64,000 nucleotides of DNA from Octopus bimaculoides (taxonomy: Eukaryota): contig NC_068991.1 in the NCBI RefSeq assembly GCF_001194135.2, forward strand, positions 17,530,483 to 17,594,482, written 5' to 3'. Below are positions 12,743 through 24,991 of this stretch, piece by piece. The translations under genes were made by a program, and so were the position numbers. How positions within the stretch are numbered: position 1 is the stretch's first letter; each line of letters opens with the position of its first letter. Below the pieces are notes generated by a model that ran no database searches, was not told the DNA's origin, and saw only the letters and a list, made by a program, of their open reading frames with translations.

Positions 12743-15700
12743 TAAAAACTAACCAATCAAATCTGAATATTACGACTGATATATTATTTACAAACCTGCT
12801 TTTGTCTGCATGTTTGGAGTTGGACTTGGCACTGAGTTTGACTGCTTACCTTCTGATGAACTTTTCAATGGAGATGATCTAATATCCGCATGAAACTCCT
12901 CTTTTTTCTCTGGTGAAAGCTCAGTTCTGTGAAGTTCAGTTTTTGTCAATCGTGTTATAGGTGTTGCATAGTTAGCCTGCAAGTAAGAACATATTTATGC
13001 ATTTCTTCTGAATGAAGTTTGCTTCCCAAATAACATGGTTTCAGTTTCAATCCAACAATGTTGGCATTTTAGAGATATGTGCATATATGTGCATATTTGT
13101 ATATATACACGTTTATAAGAATGTAAATGAAAATTTAAGAGAAAATGGAAGTAAAACACAAAACCATCAAAACAGTACATACACGTTTTTTCGTTTCTTT
13201 TATTACCTCTGGTTCAACAACAGGATCTGACTGGGAACTGTTTACAGTAAGGATGGGCTTTGCTACTACCACATCTTTATCACTAATGTTATTTTGCTCC
13301 TCTTCGTTGTATGTTGCTATTGGAAGAACAAAAGTAAAATATAAAAATCGGAGTAGTATTTGCTTAACAAAGTTTTAATAGAAGAAAATTGAAATAACAG
13401 ATTTCAAAGAAACAAGTGATGTTCTGTGTTGGCAAATAAATAAAGAAGTCCGTGCAATTCAATAACACAACACACAGCCTGGTCTGAGAATCAAACTCAC
13501 TACCTCATAATTTTGAGCCCAGAGCTCTAACCACTGAGCCATGTGACTTCACAATTAATCCCATTACCTATAAACTTATACACACACAAAATATAAAATA
13601 GAGAAATTTATTACCTCCTCTGAGATATCGTCGGACGCGTAACTCAATTTGCCCATGCTGATTCGCTTTATCAATGATCTGCTGTACCTTCTGTTGTGTA
13701 TGCTGTTGAATGTCTTCTCTATTGATACTAACAATCCTATCCCTTGGTCGAAGCTCACATATATCTGCTGCACTTCCTACAGTTAGACATGGAAATAATT
13801 GTTAATCATTACAAATAATCAGTGCTAATATTTTGACAACTATATATACATGATGAATCTCACATTGGTTTCAATGAGTACTCCAATCAGTCAATCAATA
13901 GGACTACATATCACTGTAAGGCTATTCCACTAACCTTGTACCCTTAACCCTTTAGCATTTAAACTGACCACATCCAGGTTTTAGATTCAAACTAGCCTTG
14001 GACAACAAGTCTTAAATTGTGAGTCATGGCCTGGAAGATGGTGATGAATAGGAGAGGACTGAAAACTGAGTACTGATGGGTCCCAACCTGAATACTAAAT
14101 TTGTTAATGAGCTCATTACTAACTCTGCCTCTGTATATGGTTCGCAAGCCATATCTATCTCTGGCTTCTTAGTTTGTATTTGTTTTGGGGTTTTCATTTA
14201 ACAAATCTCTTCATATTGTTTCTTTCTTCAATTTTCAAGCATCATGGTGGGATACATCATGTGGCAAGTTAAAATCCAGTGATATTATTAATGATTTAAT
14301 TAGAGAAAGAGAACTTGAATTTGAGAAGATAAAGAGATATATCAATGCCATTTGTTCACATTTTCTGATCTAAGTTATTCTGAATGGAATTTATACCTGA
14401 ATTTGAGCAGATACGACAAAGTTGATTCTGAACAGGAATAGAGTGATCAAATTGTTAACCATTGCATCAATGCTTTCATTAGTAATGTAGGCCCTACAAA
14501 CCCCTTGAACTTAGAAACAAAGCTCATTGAGTATTTTTTTCAACTCTTTCCTAAAGGAAGTGTTTGTCAGGATGAGTGAAAAGACCATGTCAACAGAGCA
14601 ACACCATTTTTGTTACATCAATGGAGGAGATAAAAGCATCTCCTGGAATGCTTTTCTCATGAGAGTTGTGGATCTTCCAAGTTACAGAGACTACTGGGAC
14701 ACAAATTCAGCACTGAGACAGAAAATTAATGTCCAATCGTCAATATGAATGAACATGCTATCTGTAATCAACTTACTTGTATTCAACCTATTTGGGCAAG
14801 TGACTGTGATTGTGACATGACAACAGGTAAAAACCACATTTACTAAGTACACTAATTATCATTACATCCTATCTCCAAGTTTTATCCAAGTTCATGCAAT
14901 AGTTATATTTTTATGATTTTTAAACTGCACAATGGCATTTCATCAAAATCTCTAATTTCTAAAAGGATTTATTACAGAGAAAGTACACTGGGAAGTAAAG
15001 AATTAAAAGAATACATTGGATAATGTAGTCAGGAGTTTACAATGTCTGAAAAAAGATGGGATGGTCGTGATTGGAATACTTTTGATCATGGGTCCACTTG
15101 ATAGGGGACGGACTTGGAGTTAAACAACAGTAATGACCAAGGGGGATCCAACAGTCAACAACTTACCCAACTCAATCCGATGTACAACAACTGGAGTGTT
15201 TTGATCCACACCACCCCGAATTAAAAACCCAAATCCTTTCTCACTTTTTAACGATTGGCTGATCTTGATTGTCCGCTCAACAAAATCCTGAAAATATTTT
15301 CAACAACAAAAAAAAAATACTTAGGTCTACAACGAAAAAACAGTAGATACATGACACTACAAGGAAAGCAGCAATTATGTGACAACAATAATGAAGAAAA
15401 GATGGCGTCAAAATAGACGAATGGTTAAGGTGTTGACAGCTGTCATAGAAGAGTCGTGAGTTTATATCCCTCATTGTCATAGATTATGCTGTAGGTATAA
15501 TATTTCATGACTCTCTCTTCTAAATCAAGTCATCAAACCCTTGTCAGTTTGTATAGGTAGTAATAATAAAATAGGTTAATGATGGTTACAGAGGTAGTGG
15601 TGATATTGTAATAGGCACAATGTTGGTGCTTTAGTGATGGCGAATGCAGATGTGGCCTTATAATGGTGATTGTACTGATGATAATGGAGGCTGAAGTGGG

Positions 15701-17637
15701 GATGTTAAAATGACAGTAGAAGTCATGGCAGTAGTAGTGTTGAAATGACAGAAGTAATAATAGTAGTGGTGGCAGTTCTCTAGAGGTGGTGTCAAAATGG
15801 TAGCAGTAGTAATATGATAAAGCTGACAATGATGTAGTGGTAGTTGTAGTTGTGGTGTTGAAATATCAACAGTAGTGGTGCTGGTGCTACATTGGTGTAG
15901 TGGAAATGAAGGCTACATGTAACACTCCAGTGGATGTATTAATACAATTATTAAAAAACTATTTCGACTACTACAGCAACATTACTAATATCATAGGATG
16001 GGTCATAGCTAGACTGCTTTTGATCTTAGGCCTGCTCAGTCAGGGTTTGAATTGGGTTAAAGTACAAGTGACACACTATGTCACTTGTACTTATTTTAAT
16101 AGCACCAACACTGGAGGAGACATTAAGGAATAGATATACAAGGATTGACTTTAGTTCTAGGAAAAAAGGAAAACACAAAGCATGGCCTCTGGATAGAGAG
16201 AGCAGAGTATGGCAGCTATTATTAGTAGCACTATGTCACCATGTTAAAGAGGATTCAAAAATTATTCTTATGTGTGATGGTTACATAGAGAGGTTCCACG
16301 GGCAGACCATCTCAGCAAATGATTGAGGATTTTCAGGATTTTGTTGAGTGAGGTCATGTTTTGTACGTTTACCTTACCGTAGGACCAAACTCCCTAAATT
16401 CATAATCAACTGTAACTCAAGGGACATCTACCTTCGAAAGGCTGGCTAGGCTTCATATACTGAGATAAACATTGAATACGATGAGTAAATTGATCAAGAA
16501 GAAAATAGAAAGAAGAAAAATCTCAGGACAGAAAAAGAGGAATAACAGAAAACTCAAACAAATAAAACATATGAAGGCTAAAGCAGTTGATGGCTACGGT
16601 AGAATGGGGACTAAGCAAGTTGAAGTCTCTGTCTGAGAAGGTTAAGAGACAGCTGAAGGCTCTGCTATGATGGTTGAAGATTAAGCCCGAAGAAACGTAA
16701 AAGAGTTAAAGGCTCTGACAAAGAAGGCTAAGAGAAATGAATGCTCTGAAAGAAGAAAACAAAGATAAAAAAAACAAACAGAGGAAGAAAAGAAAAGAAG
16801 ACTCAGATTGAAGAAGAGGGAGGAGGAGGAACTAGAGGAAGAAAAGGATTACTGATTTTATCGAGTTTTAGTTTTCTTCCAGATACGTGCCAGACAAATA
16901 TTGTGGTAAGGTTTCACAGGTAGATAGAACACTTTTAGACAAAGCCTCAAAGTCTTGAAACAAAATGAAAAAGGATAATAAAAAACCCACTCCATTATCT
17001 TCAACATCCTCTTTTGTTTCCATTAGGGGTAATCTACAATGTAAGAGAAGTGATGTACTCAATACTGGACGATCTGCTCTTGTTATTGATTCTTGTCTGT
17101 TGCAACGTCGGCAGCTTTGTTAACTCTGTTTCATCCAGCTAGATCCTTATTAAACTCCTGATCCTTAGATTAATTACATACTGTCATTAAAACATTTATG
17201 ATTTCAAAAGTGATAATCAGAACAGCACATAATTACAGCCACAACATCTACAACTAAATGTCCTATTAAAACCGTAACAACAAACACCATAAAGGCAATT
17301 GTAATAGAACAGAAATTTAGTACAACCACCACCACTACCACTACCACCACAACCAACATCATTGTCACAACCACACTGATCACCAAGACAACCATGATGA
17401 TAGCCACTACTACCACTACAGTTATCATTACCATTGTCATACCACCATAACAACAATCAACAACCTGAATAACTTACTCTAACCACCACCACCACCACCA
17501 CCACTACCTTACTACACTATAGTTGGATTACACAAGATAAAAAAATCACCTATAATGCTGTACTGATCAACACTTATACTATGCCTGAGCACCAATCAAC
17601 CAATTTGACCCTATCCCCACCTCCACACATGTATGTA

Positions 17638-17689
<52 letters not shown>

Positions 17690-20600
17690 CTGTGGTGGCA
17701 CAGCTGTTTCTAGCCCTAAGTTGAATGGTGCTCTGTCACACAATAGAAAACAATATTTGACTTGAAAACAAACAAGAAAAAAAAAAAAAACAGAAAGATC
17801 AAGAGGGAATGTGACTGCATGAAAGTTTTGTTCAAAATTTACATGCTAACAAATAACTCTGGGGAGGAGTTTAATCAATAAAATCAACTTCCAGACATGA
17901 CTGGTATTTTATTTTATTGACCATGAGAGAATGAAAAGCAAAGTTGGCTTCAGTGGGATTTGAACTCAGAACAGAGCCAGAAACACCTGTCACCAAGCAT
18001 TTGGTACAACACACTAATGATTCTGCAATAATTAATAATAAAAGTTACTTGATGACCCTGCCAGTGCTGATGCCACATAAAATGCATCCAGTCCACACTG
18101 TGAAGTAGTTGGCATTTGGAAGGGCATCCAGCTATAAAAACCATGCCAAAACTGACCTCATTTTGCTGGTGCCACGTAAAAAGCACTCAGTCCACTCTAC
18201 AGCGAGGTTGGTGTTAGGTAAAAACCATGCCGAAACAGACACAGTAGCCTGGTGTAGTCTTCTACCTGGCCAGTTCCTGTCAGACCATCCAGCCCATTCT
18301 ATATGTATATAGATATATGTATATATATATGTAAATATAGATATGTGTATATATCTATGTATATATATGTAAGCAACAAACAGATGTATTAATTTAACGT
18401 TCAGGAAGTGAGAAAGTGTTTTATGTTTCAGTCCTACGCTCTTCAACAGAAAGGAACACAGAAATAAACAAAGAGAATAAAAAATGTTTAGTGGCTAGCA
18501 ATCAATCATGGCGGATAGACTTAGAAGATAACTAGCTGAATACCTGTCTGTCCTGCTTAATTTAAGGAAATACTTTCCTGTCATCATGGTAATTGGAGAG
18601 TGGTATGCTGTAGCTTTACATTTTTTTAATATTTTAAGATTTTTCTCTATCTTTGTATTGTATTTCAAATGCGTAGTTGTCTATCAAGTGACTTGATCAG
18701 AAGCTGTGTGTTGAAACTGAAGCAATTGCATCATAAAAAGGAACCAAGCTAGTCATTTAATAGACACACAAAAGCTATTAAATTCACTTTAAATTCATTT
18801 CATGCGCTACGAAAATTTTCATTGCACAACTATGACCTGGTCACTGAAACAGGTCCACTGCAAGGTGTTGCACTGGGACTATGCTAGTGACCAGCTTGGA
18901 GTTCTGTGATAAAAATTTCAACAGTTCATGAAATATATTTGAAGTGAATTTAATAGCTTTGTCTGTTTATTAAATGACTAAATTTGCTACATTTCATAAT
19001 ATAGTTGTGTCATCAAATTATAATCTCCTGATATATGAGTTGACTTTAGTTTAATAAAGTCCAACATACATGTAAAATATCATTAATTTTAGGTTTCACT
19101 TATACTTTTTTAAGTCAGTTTTTGTTTTTAACATGTTTATCACTCTGTCGTTTTAAATTTCTTTTAGATACACCCATATACATATATATATTGCTCCAGC
19201 ATGACCACAGCCTTATGGGTGAAATATGTAAAAGAACAAAGAATATATATGAGTTCTGATCAATAAGTATCCGGACTATCACCATAGGAATGAAGCTAAA
19301 GCACACAGAGTAAAGCCACTTGGCACAGATTAACCTTCAGCTCTGCTGTGCATGCACACTAAGTTTTAACATTCTAGCTCATCTCCGCTGTTTACAGCAG
19401 TGCTTAGAAGGAAGGTGTGTAGTGTGTGAGCATCACATTGACCATGACAGAGAAAGTTGTCATGGCGATACCTACTCAGTGGCCTACGCAAAGTTGCAGA
19501 AAGTGTATGGAGAGGAGTGTACGAGCTGCACACAAGTGTGCGAATGGTTCAAACGTTTCCATGATGGCCGAAAAAATGACAATATTGACACACATTCTGG
19601 GAGACCTGCAACCATCAGAACTGAGAAAAACATTGCAGATGTGCATGCAGCTGTGAGTGGGAAATCGTTGAATCACCATCCATAAGTGATCAGAGGATGT
19701 GCAGATTAGTTATGTTTCAGTTCAATTCATTATCACTGAAGACTTGGGTACGAGATACATGTCTGCCAAGTTTGTGCCAAAACTGCTTTCAGCAGACATC
19801 AAAAGTACACTTGGGTTTCACTTGCACAAGATCTTCTTGATGGTGTTGAGAATGATGAAAACTTTTTGAAAACTTTCTGTAGGCCTCTGAGTAGGTATTT
19901 CCAAGCTTTGGGCAAAATTTGATGCAGATTCTCTGCTCAACTTTTTCTGTCATAGTCAATGCGATGATCACACACTACATACCTTCCTTCCAAGCATTGT
20001 TGTAAACAACAGAAGTGAGCTAGAACATTAAAACTTAGTGTACATGCACAACAAAGTTCAAGGTCAATCAGTGCCAAGCAGCTTCACTCTCCATGTTTTA
20101 GCTTCATTCTTGTGATAATAGTCCGGATACTTATTGATCATCGTGTTGAATTATATATACAAATGTATAAAAATAGGAGATGAAAGGAACAAATAGGGAA
20201 AGTGAAATACCATGCTACACAAATGCCAGAACAAGCAAAAAAACCTGACTAGAACAAAAGGAATATATCAAAATTCATCTACAAAGACTATAAGCATATG
20301 AACCCATGCAGGAATGTTAGGTGTGTGTATTTATACATGCATATATGTATATGTATGTGTGTGAATTGTATGGAGGAAGGTTCACTCAATATATGTGGAC
20401 ACAACCGTCACTGAATGATTTACAGGAATGCTTTGAGATCATGAAGACCTGTGTTCAATTCTTCTGAGGAGCACTTGGGTAAATGTGTTCTCCTGTTACC
20501 CCAAGTTAACACAAACCTTGTGAGTGAAATTTAATACATGAAATTTATATGCTAGCCTGTTGGCTGCAGAGTACCTGTAATTCAAAGGGCCTGTCTTATC

Positions 20601-23600
20601 ACATGGATTCTGCCTGAAGATTACATTCCAGGTACAAGTGTACATGGGAAACATTTGCTTCTGTCATTCAATGAGTAGATGATTCAATTGATGAAACAAC
20701 TGGAAAACACTGTTGAAACTAATGGAGGGTCAGTTTAATATATATATGTGTATATAATGAAACACAAAATATATATATGGCAGACAAGCACTTGAAAAGG
20801 ATCAAGGCATCTTAAAAAACCTTCAAAATGTTATCTTGGAGCTACAGTCAACACACATACCTGACCCATGTTACATCATTCACCAATCTTTCAAAAGAAA
20901 GATGGCTCTCTCTGTCCATTTATCTCCTTTTTTTTTTCATTCTTCCTTCTCTCCAGTGATACCTGGTGAAGAAGTAAACTAACCATTGCCCCCAACCTTT
21001 TACAGTTTTGTAGCTCACCACAAAACCTTTTTTGGCATTGGAGTGAAGCAGAAACAGAATTGTTGCCAAAGGTTGGCAGCAAGAGGATAATCCCACATTG
21101 AATTTTGCCAATAGCCTTACCTATGCTAAATTTGGTAGCATTTGTTTGACACAAATGGTTCATCAGTTCATTTTGTTATAAATAAATGCAAATGCTGATG
21201 GGAAAAAAACTCTACGCAGTCACTAGATCTGTGAAAAGTAGCAGCTATGTTTCATTCAAATCACATGACTTTTGCAAAAAAGAACATATTGGATAATGTA
21301 GTCCTAGATACACTATGACTAAAAAAGACAACAATGTTGGAAAATATTCTGCTATATGTCAGCACAATCAAGAATAATTTGGGGCTAAGCAATAACAACA
21401 AATTCATGCAAAAGTTTAAATTTGCATAACTGCCTAATCTACATTAACATGATCAAAGGCTTATATATATATATATATAACAGTACATGTTATGCTAAAA
21501 GGTTAAAAACAAAAACAAACAAAAAGAAAGAAAACAAATGGATGCAGTGTAAGTTAAAAACAATTGCAAAAGATGTGAAATAAAAAAAAACAATAACAAA
21601 CACAACACATAAAACAAGAAAGCAACTAACTGCATGGTTATGTGATACATCAGCCACTACAGAAATAACAAGATCAACAGAACTTTTAAGAAGCAGTGGA
21701 AACCTACAAGGCTACAACACTGCACAACTCCTGCAATTCCAACTATGAAAGAAAAGAAGTTCACATCCTTCTTACTTCACTGGCATCAGGGTAACAGAAA
21801 CAGAAAATAAGAATCTGATTTAATTTAGTAAAATTTATCTTCCAAAAACATTTCATTGAAAATTTGACTGGCATCAGTAAAAGAGAACTATAGTGATCCC
21901 ATAACTGTTGTGTGGTTCACAATCAGGCCTTGCAATGTTGCTTATGCACACCTTGGCTGAATGACAGAAGGTTGCACTATTATTTTCCCCTCGTCTTGCA
22001 TTCTCTCCTCTCTCTTCTGTCAACTGTGCACTCTTCTAAATCATAACATCCTATCATCTCCCCACCATCTCTGCTAACCGTATCATTCTCATGACTCCTC
22101 ACCATTTTGACCCTCGCCCTTCATAGGTCTAAGAGATAGCATCAAACCACCTTCATTCTTCTGTCCAACACACAATAGTTTCACTTCTCTATTGTACATC
22201 CATCACTCTTTCCCCTCTAGGTCACCTCCATTGCTACCTAATACCTACTCATACCTTTATCTGATCCCTTCTAGGCCACTACTGTTGCCACCCATCACCT
22301 CTGTAAAGTGGTTGGCCATAGAAAGGGTATCCAACCACAGAAACTGAGTCAAATGACACATCTAAGCACCACTCTATGGAAGCAGTGGCTTATAATCACA
22401 GGTGACTCAGACTAGGAGGGTCCTGCCAACGCATGAAAAGTGGACATAAAATGATAATGACAATGCAGCAATGTGTCCTATTACACAAGCAACTGTTACA
22501 AAGAAATGAAATGTCAGCAGTTGCAAAACAAAAAAAAAAGCCATAGATGAAATGGTCTTTTATAGATTTTGAAGAATTTTTTTTTATGCCTATGTTTTCT
22601 TTTACAGCTAAACACTTTTGTTACATACCATTAATCCATTCACTGTTATGTGCAAGGTGCAGATGGAAACTATTGCCATCCAGAGACATTCAGAGTTATG
22701 TCCCTTGCCTAAAGTTGCAACAACTATTAAATTTAATAGTTCAATACAAAGTTAAAATTCATTATGCATCAAATATGTAATAATGAATTGTTGGTGAGTC
22801 AGCTCCTTCACAATCCATAGTTGCTAGCAGCACTATGTAATAGTTGAAACAATATAGTTGATGAGTTTATACATCTTATGGTGAAACAAGCCACTGTTTA
22901 AAGACTACAATATATACATTCTTTACCAACAATATATTCACCTACTACTTGATGATCTTCCCAACAAAAACTGACCATACAACTAGTTTTCACCAATCAA
23001 AATAGAGCAAAACCCCTATACATAATGCATACATTGTTGTAACTTAGGAGATAAACTGCTGCTAAACTAAATTTACAACCCAGGTTGAATTTCTAGTCAA
23101 AAATATTGCAACTTAACTACATTAATGATTTTGCAAGAAGTATGAACAATAACATTGGTAGCCAATAAAGCTAATTACCACAGGGAGAGATCTCTGATCT
23201 CAAAAGATGAAGCAATTGATAGCATACCAAACTACTGCCTGGATAGATAAATATAGAAATAGCTTCAAATTCATTTTGTCATTTTGTCCTAAATTCTGAT
23301 TTAAATAATTTCAGATTTTAGCTCCATTTACTATTGTATGAAGCAGATGGATGGATATGTCCCGAGACATAGCTCTAGTCTGAACTCATGTAATTTATTC
23401 AAGAAAGCTTGATATATCTGGCCTACAAATGAGTGAACATGAGTACATAGACTGAATTGTCCTGTACAAAGACACACTAAAATGCTAGAAGATATGTAAT
23501 ATGTATATGATATAATATGAACAAGTGATAGTCCAATACTTTATCCACTGATGTATTCTACTATTAGTTCCACTCTTCTAAACAGAATAATTATCTATTC

Positions 23601-24958
23601 GGTCATTAAAAAAAAAGAGATAAAGATCAAGAGATTTCATCTAAGTTATAGTGCAAATGGTGATCCTTTGTTATTTCATCATGTTGGCAAAATAGCTGTC
23701 AGCAATATTCTTAAAACTTGAATAAATAGCTTTAAACACATCTAGGTGTCTTTGATGAGTTGCTTTTAATAAAATTATAGTTTTTCATATGGTTAACCTC
23801 ATCATTAGAAATTAAAATATTTCTATTTGCATTTACACTATGTTTTGATCAGCACATAGAGATACCTGGTGGATAAGAACCTTATTAACCTTGATTTGGA
23901 AATAAAGGTTCTTAGTTCAAATGGTTGGTGCTATGCATAAACTCAAGAATAAGACCTTTGATGATAAATGAGAAGCAAACTAATTGAAATAGTATAGATT
24001 TGCATAAATTCTAGCTCAAACATACAGGTTCATGATGCTGGAGCTTATCTGAATTTCAGATACTTTAGGCAACTGGAAGTACAAAACCTCCACTCTAAAT
24101 GGGATGTCAATCCATCACAGGGTCAACCCACAGCTCAAGACCAAATATTTGCTTCAGTTGCTTGATCATGGCCACTTGAGCATGTCTCTTAGAGGCTGAT
24201 AATATGTGCATCTCTGATCATGGGCAGGAGTGCTGGAGTAGCATCATAGCCCTGTGTTGAGAGGGATTCTTTGGTGTTTGAATAAATGTAACAAAAGCAA
24301 AGTTTGAAGGAAGTATTAGCTCTTTTTCATACCTTACTCAAAGAGCACATGATACTGCTTAGTCCAAGACACAAATCCACAATGAGCCTAACATCCTAAC
24401 TAGTAGACCACGGGTTTTCAAATGGATATACATAGCACGGATTATACTATCGTCAAACACAATAAACATTTGCTTACATGTACCAAATAATTTACAGTTT
24501 AAATTTCAGCTATTTTTCAAAAGATGTTTCTGTTACCTGAGGTGAGCAAAGAAAGATGGGACAAAAAAAAGTCACACAAGAACAAAGGAATTAATTTCTT
24601 ACTACCATCTTACCTCACACTCATCTTTAATCCATCCTTCATCAGTTTCAGAAGAATCAACCTTTAGGAAAAACAAAACTGACACAAATAAAACCCTTGC
24701 TGCATGTCACCAACATCCAGCTGCATTTTACTAATTAGGATTCTTGTGGGTTTTGTTGTTGTTTTTTATTACTTTTCCTAATGTGACTTTCCTAATGTCG
24801 GTAGTCATGAAATCTCCACTTAGTTCTTTAACTTTATCCTTTCCTTTTAAGCTGTCTAGCTCCCTTGCATTTACTAAGATTTTCTTTAGAATCAAATAGT
24901 TGCATCTGTGCACATGTTTGTATGTATAAACATACATACAAGTGTGTATCTATCGATC

Positions 24959-24991
<33 letters not shown>

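Noticed and set aside
20851-20910. ATG-containing exon MDRESHLSFERLVNDVTWVR with strong donor CAG|gtatgt
   Set aside because: Phase 2; splicing to PDZ exon h (phase 0) shifts the frame to a stop
21776-21779. 4-nt microexon (gatgccag|TGAA|gtaaga) with upstream UGC
   Set aside because: Not frame-preserving and a stop in phase 0; such motifs occur by chance in AT-rich introns
23198-23240. Acceptor tttatctatccag followed by donor gtatgc (11-nt microexon)
   Set aside because: No acceptor/donor combination keeps phase 0 without a stop
24731-24937. Protein-like ORF KKILVNARELDSLKGKDKVKE
   Set aside because: Weak splice sites, and it contains gggagctagacagct, which also occurs in the repeat at about 27570
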